Shown here: piece by piece, positions 28,201 to 36,710 of the stretch | How the letters are laid out: every line of letters begins with the position of its first letter | How positions within the stretch are numbered: position 1 is the stretch's first letter | NCBI GenBank assembly: GCA_000934665.2 | Contig: KZ538597.1 | Coordinates: forward strand, 1-64,000 | Source: Catajapyx aquilonaris | Taxonomy: Eukaryota | Length of the DNA stretch: 64,000 bases | Reading direction: 5' to 3' | Made by a program: the position numbers and the translations under genes | The notes under the pieces: model-generated | What the model was told of the DNA's origin: nothing | Seen by the model: the letters and a program-made list of their open reading frames with translations, nothing else | The model's database searches: none

Positions 28201-31200
28201 CAATACCTCTCCTTTAAAGTGCTCTCAGTTCAAGCAGATTTTAACATTGCTGCTCCCTTTTTTCCGCCAAACTGAAGATTGGGTTAATTATCACGACCGC
28301 GAGGCCTTTAAATCCCAATTAAACTGTTCCACGCCCTCGCATATATGAAACCGCAGTAAGTCGGAAATGTAATAACTTCTTTTTATCCATCGCCAAAATC
28401 GGCGCTTAAATGAACGGTCCAAAAATATGCGCCGCGCTGTTTTGCAAAAAAAGAAAAACTGCCAATGAATTATGCAACTAATTACACGTTGAGCGTTCCC
28501 TATTGTTCCAATATATGTCTCGTGTCAATCCAAAACTGCGGGGTTGTCACAACCCATGTCCCGCATTTTTGGGGATGAATCCAGCCAACCAATTTTCATA
28601 ACAATTAGGTTCCCAACGCGTCCATTTCACTCGTCTGGTCGGATTGTACTCTGCAAGTGGACCGGTTCCGGAACTGGTTAGGTTTCCTCTCCACTATAGG
28701 CCCGAAAGATCATCGTCACATAAAAAAGGGCGATAAAAATAGTAGTGTCGTATAACTTCCAGGAGGAACATCATCATCATATCAGTGGTCATAACCGGTT
28801 CAAAATGGCCCAATTAAACTACACCCTTCTTCTGATTTAAGTTTAACAAATTCTATTGGCAAAGTCGGTTAGCCCTGCCCATCAATTTGAACAGAATCGA
28901 AATTCCTGGACCCTTTCAGATCCCCTATTTTATAGCCCAGCAGGATCTATCGGATAGTCTTATATATAGGAGTCCCCCAGATTTATATACCTAGCTTTTC
29001 CCTAGGATTTTGGGAGGGCTTCTCATTTCAGATTCGATCTGGCTGCGCACACACACACAAAATGGTTACTTATTCTCTGTTTACGTCGATACCGTATCGG
29101 ATTGTGCCAGATGCCCAGGGCCCTTTTCCTCTCCCTCAGGCAGACCATCCCCTATAGTCTGCGATAGTCAGCAGACCGACGGACGGCTATAAAACAGCCA
29201 CTTTTCTGCCTGATATTACAGCCTGATACGGAGTCAGCTCACTCTTGGTTTAATAATTCGACCTAACATCATATAACTACACTCTAAAACATTTCGAGTG
29301 ATTTTTCACTCAATTTGAGCGATTTTTCATTCTTTCGCCTACTTGATTTGACTCCCGCTCTTTTTTTTAAGTGGAAATCACTCGATCACTTGAGCGAAAA
29401 ATATTCACTCATTTTGGGTCAAGTTCCACTCGATTCGAGTGAAAAAACCACTGAAAATTTTCGCTCGAATCGAGTAGAAACTTCACTCAAATCTCAGCGA
29501 AAATTTGTCAAGAGTAATTCACTCAATGGGTCAATGCTAAGAGGTAGTCTCCCAGTCATTTTAATTCCCTTTCGAATAATTCTCCACTCGATTTAAAGTT
29601 AATCATTCCGAAGTGAAATTAACTCAAAAAATTGGCATTTTGCGAAATTGCTAATTTTTGGAGTGAAATTTTCACTCGATTTGAAGTTAATCATTCCGGA
29701 GTCAAATTAACTCAAAAATTAGCACATTGCGAAATTGCTTATTTTTTTAGTGAAATTTTCACTCGATTTGAAGTTAATCATTCCGGAGTGAAATTAACTC
29801 AAAAATTAGCATTTTGCGAAATTGCTTATTTTTTTGAGTGAAACTTTCACTCGGAAATTTTTATAGAGTAAAATTGGGTAGGTGTAACACTGTCCCTACA
29901 GGCGTTGAGTAGGGCTGTGCGATATCCGAAATTGCATATCGACTTTCGATACTCAAAAAATATCGCATCGAAGTCAATATATTATCGAAAATCGAAAAAT
30001 ATCGAAAACCGACATCGAAAAATCGCGACATTCGATACATCGCACATGCTAAGCGTCGGATATCGCAACTTCGATATTTTAAAAAATGTATCGACAGTCG
30101 ATATATATGGAAATATCGCACAGCCCTAGCGTTGACTCATCACCAACGTGCATGTAGCACTACTTTCTCCCTGAGAGCGTCAATATAGTGGGCAGAGCGA
30201 TAGGATGCGCGCCATCTGGCTGTCGCATATCGTACTACCTCCAAGTGGGGGAGCGGGCTCAGCAGTGTTGCCAAATACGGAGCTTGGTTTTTGGTTTAGT
30301 TAGACGTGATATCATATCTAGAATTGGCTAGACGTGACTGTCTCTACAGGCGTTGACTCATCACCAACGTGCATGTGGTACCCACAGTTACCACGTGGAG
30401 TGGAAGTAGTGTGCAGATGCGCGCCATCTGGTTGTGGCATATCGTACTACGTCCAAGTTGGGGCCTGGCTGGGTATTGTTGCCAAATTTCGACACTGCTT
30501 CGATCTAATATTAGCCAACCTATATTTGGCTACTAAGGTATAGCATCTGTTAGCTTGCTTGTTACCGAAGTTTTCTATCAATAATTTACGCTGCTTGCAC
30601 ATATTTAATGCACGTGCCGTGATGTGTGTGCAATGCATGCAATGCATCGCGCGCCACTGGGCATCATGTCGGACTTCTTTTGCCATTTTTAGAAGAGGGC
30701 CTTGAGTTGCATGTATCGTACAGCATCGTCCAATCATCCGGAATTGCGCAATTCCATTTTCGGCTGTAACTGATACTGAACTTCAATATCAGAAGTAGAT
30801 GGTATATAAAAAAAAATAGCAAATGGGAAATGGCCACTTGTTAGGTTTCTGCGCAAAAAAAAGTGATTGGCCATCGGGGCTATCCAATTAATCTATCAAT
30901 ATCTGCTCCTATATACTGTCAACATGTTTACAGGAGTCCGAACTGTTCCAGCAACCAGATTGGAAATCAACCTGGAGACATCAAATCAGAGATTCAGCTG
31001 GAGGTGCGCCATTTTTCGCAGAAATTGGTCGAATAGACCGGATGTGCGATTTTTTTTGCAATCTTCCTAATACGCGCTTCTTATCCGTTCATCGAATGTT
31101 AGGTCTGAAAAAGGCAGCGAATCAAGCCGTCTTGCGAGTTGGGGGGTCACCGATGACCTTTGACCTGCTGACCCAACAGGTGTGTATATACTCACCAGAT

Positions 31201-31456
31201 TGAGCAGGAAGACATTGGTGACGGTGCGCATGCGTCTGTTCTGTGCCAAGGTGACGATGACCAGCGTGTTTCCCACGATGGACAGGACGAATATGAGCGA
31301 GTAAAGCGGGATGATCACGTCCTTCCCGAACACCTCCTGACCACTGACCTCTGACCCTTTCTTGGGCACCCCTGGACGACGCCTGCTGATCACCCACGCG
31401 GTCCAGTTGGTCAGCAGGTCAGTCACGTTCCCCACCGACACCTCAGACTCATTCAT
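1084..31456 (-). CDS. CCKLR: Cholecystokinin/sulfakinin-type receptor (class A GPCR), 5' part (TM1-TM5); remaining exons not found in window
   Basis: Exons 31456-31196, 5052-4938, 1511-1311 and 1257-1084 join in frame at GT-AG sites. Protein: MNESEVSVGNVT...SIVGNTLVIVTLAQNRRMRTVTNVFLLNL|AISDLLLGVLCMPFTLVGQILRNFIFGAAMCRLIPYFQ|AVSVSVGVWTLVAISLERYFAICRPLKSRKWQTRSHAYK...|RHKCREDWPS...LDLLLLLVPLSIMAAAYSLIV. GN (TM1), LAxSD (TM2), ERY and RMRTVTNxFLLNL / WQTxSHA motifs are typical of CCK/sulfakinin receptors. Confidence 0.9.
1311..1511 (-). CDS. CCKLR: CCK/sulfakinin receptor coding exon 3 (TM3, ERY, TM4)
   Basis: CAG acceptor, phase 1 to phase 1, AVSVSVGVWTLVAISLERYFAICRPL..., G|GTACTT donor. Confidence 0.92.
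4663..4869. mobile_element. Palindromic MITE, Tc1/mariner-type (TA target duplication)
   Basis: TA|CAGGGTGGTCCAAGTTCAAGTGTCGTTTTATAACGGCGATTAATAG ... CTATTAATCGCCGTTATAAAACGACACTTGAACTTGGACCACCCTG|TA; the arms pair over most of the length. Confidence 0.85.
4938..5052 (-). CDS. CCKLR: CCK/sulfakinin receptor coding exon 2 (TM2-ECL1-start of TM3)
   Basis: Pyrimidine tract + CAG acceptor, AISDLLLGVLCMPFTLVGQILRNFIFGAAMCRLIPYFQ, G|GTATGA donor (phase 1). Confidence 0.92.
7321..7842 (-). repeat. Dispersed repeat family A copy, interrupted by the 7522-7823 insertion
   Basis: Reverse complement matches 12599-12831 (GAGAGGGTGGGACCCACTTCAATGGAGG...ACTCATCACCAAC...GTATCGTACTACGTCCAAGTGGGGG...GTTGCCAAAATTT). 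Confidence 0.75.
7522..7823. mobile_element. Two oppositely oriented CACTCT-terminated MITEs, the second with a 30-bp tandem array
   Basis: TA|CACTCTAAGAAATGTCCGGGTTAAA...GGAGTG TATA CACTCTAAG...(TAAGAAATGTCCGGGTTAAATAACCATGAC)x5...TTTAACCCGGACATTTCTCAGAGTG|TA. Confidence 0.8.
12599..12831 (+). repeat. Dispersed repeat family A (non-autonomous, ~230 bp)
   Basis: Shares GACTCATCACCAACGTGCAT...ATCGTACTACGTCCAAGTGGGGG...TGTTGCCAAA with copies at ~7321, 30130, 30320, 31870 and 40890. Confidence 0.75.
14873..15210. mobile_element. Near-perfect fold-back (hairpin) MITE-like element
   Basis: GCAGGGAGCATA..TACTACATAAGAGGCGCAAAC...GAAGTGTGGGAAACGCCAACGAGGTATAAATAGGGTACAGGCAAAAATATGG..GCCATCTTTGATGGTTTT, centre ~15056, then the mirror-image arm ending TATGCTCCCTGC. 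Confidence 0.85.
15217..15420. mobile_element. MITE family B (TIR ATAGATGATTTTTT)
   Basis: ATAGATGATTTTTT...GCAACCGAGTGCGCA ... TGCGCACTCGAC...AAAAAATCATCTAT; related pieces at ~13900-14108, 14690-14870, 15420-15522, 16570-16802 and 46321-46470. Confidence 0.7.
15561..15627. mobile_element. TIR-only (internally deleted) MITE
   Basis: TGGATGGTGTTATGCAATAATGAGTCAAC / GTTGACTCATTATTGCATAACACCGTCCA; same TIRs as 62698-62924. Confidence 0.75.
19211..20335. mobile_element. Older mariner-type MITE hosting the 19360-20303 insertion
   Basis: Left end CAGTGTGACTCGAAAGTCAGGATACA versus reverse complement of right end CAGGGTGACTCTAAAGTCAAGAAACA, followed by TA. Confidence 0.6.
19360..20303. mobile_element. 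Non-autonomous TIR transposon (~944 bp) with TA target duplication
   Basis: TA|GGGGAGACTGGGGCACAGTGGACCAC ... GTGGTCCACTGTGCCCCGGTCTCCCC|TA; internal repeats of GGGGCACAGTGG(A/T)CC; no transposase ORF seen. Confidence 0.88.
20858..21030. mobile_element. Small TIR element
   Basis: GCTATTTCTCTCCGTCGGAT ... ATCCGACGGAGAGAAATAGC (20-bp perfect inverted termini); no clear target duplication. Confidence 0.65.
23818..23948 (+). pseudogene. Decayed tandem CCHC zinc knuckles, probable retroelement gag relic
   Basis: CFICQRNGRVVEDC, then after a 1-nt frameshift CGVCVWFGHASARW. Both have CX2CX4HX4C spacing with one substitution each (H to R via CGT; C to W via TGG). Confidence 0.5.
29280..29870. mobile_element. 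CACTCT-terminated TIR element with internal ~87-bp tandem repeat (x3)
   Basis: TA|CACTCTAAAACATTTCGAGTGA ... TCACTCGGAAATTTTTATAGAGTA; CACTCG-starting units at 29586, 29673, 29760 and 29848. Confidence 0.7.
29910..30128. mobile_element. hAT-like MITE (8-bp target duplication) inserted into a family A repeat
   Basis: GCGTTGAG|TAGGGCTGTGCGATAT ... ATATCGCACAGCCCTA|GCGTTGAC; the uninterrupted host sequence CTACAGGCGTTGACTCATC is seen at ~30344. Confidence 0.85.
30129..30515 (+). repeat. Two adjacent family A repeat copies
   Basis: Both carry GACTCATCACCAACGTGCATGT...GCGCCATCTGG...CATATCGTACTAC.TCCAAGT.GGGG...TGTTGCCAAAT. Confidence 0.7.
31196..31456 (-). CDS. CCKLR: CCK/sulfakinin receptor coding exon 1 (N-terminus with three N-glycosylation sequons, TM1, ICL1)
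   Basis: ATG at 31456; sequons NES, NVT, NWT; ends ...NVFLLNL followed by GTGAGT donor (phase 0). Confidence 0.9.
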
Positions 31457-32105
31457 GGTCCCGGTTGTCTCATCACAAAGTAGACGCGGTCGAGACGCGG
31501 TCGAATATTTAGTCGCGCTCCAGACGCGGTGTCGACGTCATCGCCAACTCGTTTCTGAACGCGTCTGGTGTGGGGGTCGGACTTTGATCGCGATCGAGAC
31601 GCGCTTTTTTCCCTACGTGTTGCAGGCCACTAGCTCCTGTCCCAACATGCCTCGTGGCCCTGCTCGTGGCTGCGACTAACCTTCCATGGGTATGCAGCCC
31701 TCCTCCCAACAGGCGGTTGGCTGGGGATGGGAAGCCCCTCCCACTGCACCCACACCCATTGGTCAAACACTCCGCGCAGAGCCCCACACCTCGGGAGGCT
31801 TATTTTACTTTTGAAGGAAAATGTGGCCCAGCTGTAGCTCCAAAATCTCTATTACGTACTAATATCCAAATTTTGGCAACACTGCTTGGCCCACCCCTCC
31901 AACTTGGACGTAGTATACGATAGGCCACTACAAGTTGGCAAACTCAGAGCGAAAGTGCACGTTGGTGATGAGTCACTGCGCGGACAAAGTCCACTCCAGC
32001 GCTATACTAACCAAATCTGGACAAACGAACAATTATTATCCACTTATGCCAACAGGTACTTATTACAAAATACTAGATAAACCCTCGCTTCAATTGTTGT
32101 TGTGA

Positions 32106-32277
32106 GAGGGGACCAATCGGAAGAGTCGCGGTAACAATATGCGGCGGACCAATCGGAAGCGTCGCGGTAACAATATGCGGCGGACCAATCGGAAGAGTCG
32201 CGGTAACAATATGCGGTGGACCAATCGGAAAAGTCGCGGTAACACTATGAGGCGGACCAATCAGAAGCGTCGCGGTC
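32106..32277. repeat. 39-bp minisatellite (~4.5 copies)
   Basis: Unit GGACCAATCGGAAG(A/C)GTCGCGGTAACAATATGCGG(C/T). Confidence 0.9.
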
Positions 32278-32665
32278 AAGCGAGGAAGAATTTTTTAATA
32301 TTATGGGATTTGTTGCGATATTAGTGTTAGAATCACTGCACATTTTTTACAGACAATCGCATAAAAATGGGCAGGTCAAAGTCGATGCTCGAGTTAATCT
32401 TGAGGTCAGGGTCAGGGGTCATCTCTGGCTATCTCCACCACGATGCAGCGTCAGTCCCCCTGAGTGTCCGTTCGTCCAATAATTACAATAATTGTTGGTG
32501 CGCTTCTGTGTGGAGAGTGTTTTTGCACTGTTTTCTCTTTCACTTTTTTTGTTTTAATTCCCCCCCCCCCCTCCACATCTGTGGTGGCGAACTGTTGGCG
32601 AAATATTGGCAATTAATCCAGGAAGCACACACACAAAGAGATAGAGAGACAAAAGCCCTGTAGTG

Positions 32666-35451
32666 ATGAGATTCAATTGCTCATCGCTCTTTCTGACTGC
32701 AATTATTTTGGCAGTGGGCCTTTTCACCGTCGGATATGGCGGGCCTCTGCAAGGTGACCACGTCTGCACTGAAGGAGGAGGCGATCCCAAGTATTACTTG
32801 CAATAATATTTCGCAATATTTGCAATAATATTTTGTCTGAACTTCGTTTCAGACAAAATGATGTGGATGCGTTCTTGGATGCTCTGGATTCAAAAGTAAG
32901 TACAAAAGTACTTCGCATCACAGAATTTGCTCGAGTTTGTGACTGTCCTGGTTGAGTTATCACCTAGGTGCATGTACCCCTCGCAAAATATAGGGTATAA
33001 TGTAGATCGGGTCAGCACCGTATGCCAACGTCGGGCCGACGCGACGTGACAAAAAGTTAACCGTTTTACATTGGCCCGACATCGCCCCCCAACATTGGCC
33101 CGACATCGCTCCCCAACATTGGCCCGACATCGCTCCCCAACATTGGCCCGGTGTCATTCGCCGATATCGGGCCGACGAAGTGTGCTACCTGGGACAGCGC
33201 AATTGTAGTGCTTGATTTACGTTATTAATATTCAACCTATATGTTTGTTCAGGAAGCAACAGTAGAGATCGTGGAAGAGGTTTGCTGCGAAGGATACGAG
33301 GAGGCTCAGGAAGGCGGGTATTGCGTGGCCAGATGCGAACCAAGCTGCGCAAACAACGGGTGGTGCGCAGAACCCAACACGTGCGTCTGCGCACCAGGAT
33401 ACACCGGAGACACCTGCCAACAATCTACTGCAGGTACAAACACTAAGCAAATGGTTCTTCCCATGGTCTGTTTCCATCCTTTGCTTTTTTGCTACCATGG
33501 TAACCCATTGCCATGGACAAACGAACAAACAAACTTTCCCTTATATATAGGTAAAAATTGAGTGTGACTCATTACAAAAATTAATTTGAAGTGGATGAGA
33601 CCAGCTCTACTCCTAGCCCTGATGAGGAGGAGGAAGATGAGACGTTGCTGCCCACAACGGATAATCCAGTTCCGGAGGCAACCTGTTTCGTCCCGGATGA
33701 TCCGGAGCGTTGGCAGCCTTTGCTCGAAGAGTGTTCCGGGAAAGGTGGCCACCTGGCCTTCCACATTCCGCCTACGGACCAGCCTGAAACAGAACCCCAA
33801 CCGGATTGGGAAATAGATCCGGAAGGAACAGGTCAGTTTATTACAACAGCTCACAACCCGGATTTTCCAATAATTGCTCCTGCTGCCTACTGCCTCCGGA
33901 TAAATACTGAATAGGTTGATTGTTCACTCTAGAAACCCTGATCCTTGTTCAAAACAGTTCTCAATCATTACCATACTTAGACATGAGATAATAAAATTGT
34001 TATTTCTTACGTAGAGGAGCCCTACGTGGTGAGCGAGTGTCCCGATAATTTCCTGGAGCTGGGAGATGACGGGTGCTACCACTTCGGAGAGCAGCCCTTG
34101 ACCTGGGAGGAGGCGGAGGTCAAGTGTCGTGACTTGGATGGAAGTCTGGTCGCCTTAAGGAAGATGAAAGAAAACAAACGGCTGGCCCGCTACATCATGC
34201 AGAGTGAGATTACACAACTAACATTATAAATAGTTTATTACATATTACCAAATATTGTTGCAAAATCTGTAGAATTTTTCACCCATAGAAGCGCATAATA
34301 ATTTTTATCCGCTCCTTTTAAGTTGGTCCAGAGGCATTCTATATTGGAGGGAACTTCCTGAACGCAACATCTGGCTGGAACTGGACGTGGGTCGCTGACC
34401 AACAGCCGATCACGCACTTTGAGTGGGGCCCAGGTGAGCCGCAACCAAGTCATGATGAGCTTCGCTGTCTCGTGTTGCATCGTACCAATGAGACAGTCGT
34501 ATGGGAGACAAGGCCGTGCGACCAGACACATCCGTACATATGCCAAGTGCCAGCCATGTTTGTAAAGTTCCAGGTCCGGCAAGCCAAGAAATACAGTTGA
34601 GTACTCAACAAATTAATGAATTACTACTATTGCTAATTATTACATTTCAGAAACGGAATGTCAACCCAACTACATTCGTGTCGGCCCCGGTTGCTATTAC
34701 TTCAGCAATGAAACATACAATTGGTGGGTAGCTATGGAATCCTGCAGAATTGATCACAGCGGGTTCTTGCTCAGCGATCCCAAGAGTGAGGAAGCACTCG
34801 ACTATGTCCGGATGTACATGATGGAAGGTACTCTCTATTCCACTCATTACATACGAGCATTAAAATGTACCGGATTCATTGAAAATTCAGCATGCTCTAC
34901 ATACACATAATTCCCTCTGGCAACTAATATTCATCCCAGTCCAAGCATCTACACTTCACCATTCACACTTAATTGCATTCAAAAGTAATTCACTTCCAAT
35001 AATAGCACATGTCAGCCGTCACCTGGCTACAATTACATGTGCACTAAGACTCTCAAATGTTAATGTGGAAATTTCCAGCACTTAGACGTCACCGCACTTG
35101 TCTCATGAATCCTGCATTTCCTTCCAACTTTGATGGCTGTTTCCACATAATTAATGCATCGTACAACACAATTGTCCTCGGGGTGAAAGGCCACTCCTTT
35201 AATTCACCTTGATCCAACCAGGTGAACTCAGCGCTCATTGGATCGGCCTGTACGACCTTGGCCATGAGGGTGCATTTGTCTGGGAGAACACCGTCCAAGA
35301 AGGTCAAATCACAGATTGGGCCCAAGGGCAACCTGACGGCCTGCCAGGGCACAACTGCGTGGCCATCGACCCTGACCTCCACTACAACTATCGGTGGAAA
35401 GACAGGAATTGCAACGATGAACTCAAATTCATCTGCGAGCAGACAATGTGA
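32666..35451 (+). CDS. Secreted Nimrod-like (CCxGY + NIM/EGF repeat) protein with two C-type lectin domains, ~485 aa
   Basis: Exons 32666-32790, 32853-32895, 33253-33433, 33592-33831, 34015-34203, 34323-34595 (3' end uncertain), 34651-34827, 35222-35451. Signal peptide MRFNCSSLFLTAIILAVGLFTVGYG; GDHVC...VCCEGY...CVARCEPSCANNGWCAEPNTCVCAPGYTGDTC; acidic linker; CTLD1 (CPDNF..GCYHF..TWEEAEVKC..FYIGG..WGPGEPQ..RC..WETRPC..YIC); CTLD2 (CQPNY..GCYYF..HWIGL..WAQGQPD..NCV..WKDRNC..FICE). Confidence 0.8.
33068..33150. repeat. 24-bp tandem repeat (~3.5 copies) in intron 2 of the lectin gene
   Basis: Unit ACATTGGCCCGACATCGC(T/C)CCCCA, flanked by inverted TCGGGCCGAC motifs; probably part of a small transposon. 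Confidence 0.85.
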
Positions 35452-35500
35452 AATGTTCATAAATAGTGCCGAGCCTCTGCGTTGTTAAGTTCATTAAGGG

Positions 35501-36710
35501 CTAATGCTTGATATGCTTCTTCTTCTTCGGCTTCAGAATCGGCAATGTTCCCTTCACATTAAACACGGTCCTGCGAAACATAACCATTAGTTGTGTTAAT
35601 TGCGATCAAATTTTTGCAGATACTTACAGGCAGGTGGTGCAAATAGGACAGAACTTGCAGAAAACTGTGAATAAAATGAACATTATTTTTCAGTACAGAA
35701 TTTTAGGTAAGCCCGCCTCGAGTACACTCACTGGACAGGCAGACGGAGCAGACAAATCCGATGTCGATGAGTTGCCTATGGCAGAAGCAAGCAGCCCTAT
35801 AGTCGACCCTTAGCGGCGGAGGCATAACCAGTCTGTCTCTCTGCAGCTGTGCGGACGGCAGGAACACCCACAGCAAGTACTGGAGGAGCCCCTTGGGCCG
35901 CGGTGGTCGCAGGTAAATGCCGCCTGAGATGTCGCAGCCTTGTTGCATCAACCCCGAGTCAGTCATGCCAATCACGCAGCAGTCAATCACAACAGACATC
36001 TTCTGGGCCGTGAAGAAGCAGTTCATGAACGTGATGTACTGAGCCGGACAGTCCGGTCCGCCTGTTAGGACCAGCATGCGTCCTGATTGCTTTGTGTGCA
36101 GGATCGGGCCATCGGACGGAGCGACGGACAAGCGGTTGATGTACGCTAGCGAGTGAGCAAGCGCACCGGCCAATAGGGAGTACTGGCTCTTCGGCGTCTT
36201 CTCCGTCAGCATGAGCGCCTGCGGGAGAATACATTTCATGCGTTACTTGCGGTGCGCAACATTTACTTAGCAATGTATTTGCCTGTATCTCTTTGGTGAC
36301 GATGGCTTCAACGTTAGCGAACTCCTCGTACTGCCCGTCCTCCCTCCTGTTGTGTCCACGCCCTTGCTCGGTGTCGCTCTCCCGGCCTGGGAAGACCATC
36401 CGTACCGTGTTGCTGTGTGCTGCGAACACGGCCACCTGGTTCCGGCTGGACAGCAGCAGATGCGCGTTGGCAAATGCCACGACCGTCCTGGTGACGAAGG
36501 TCAGCTGGCTGGGGTCCTCGCACAGGTAGGGCTGCCCGGGGCTGACGTCCACCACCACAACCAGGAGCTCCCCATTGTTGCTCGGCGGGTCAGGCTCAGC
36601 TGGAGGGACTGGGGGAGACACACACAAAGGTTAAGCTGGATTGCCATATCTCCCTGAAGATTCCCCTTGGTTTCACCTGCACCCTTTTTCGTGGCGTCCT
36701 GGACGCTCAT
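35501..36710 (-). CDS. GTF2H3: General transcription factor IIH subunit 3 (p34/Tfb4), ~317 aa
   Basis: Exons 36710-36677, 36608-36283, 36218-35732, 35664-35628, 35570-35501 (954 nt, in frame). vWA-like LLVVVVD...FANAHL...LLAGALAHSLAYI...QYITFMNCFFTAQK...QQGCDISGGIYL...LLQYLLWVF; zinc finger [37 protein letters not shown]; basic tail LKPKKKK. Confidence 0.95.

Noticed and set aside
29586..29850. ORF 29632-29841 with a repeated peptide
   Set aside because: Translation of an 87-bp tandem repeat inside a TIR element.
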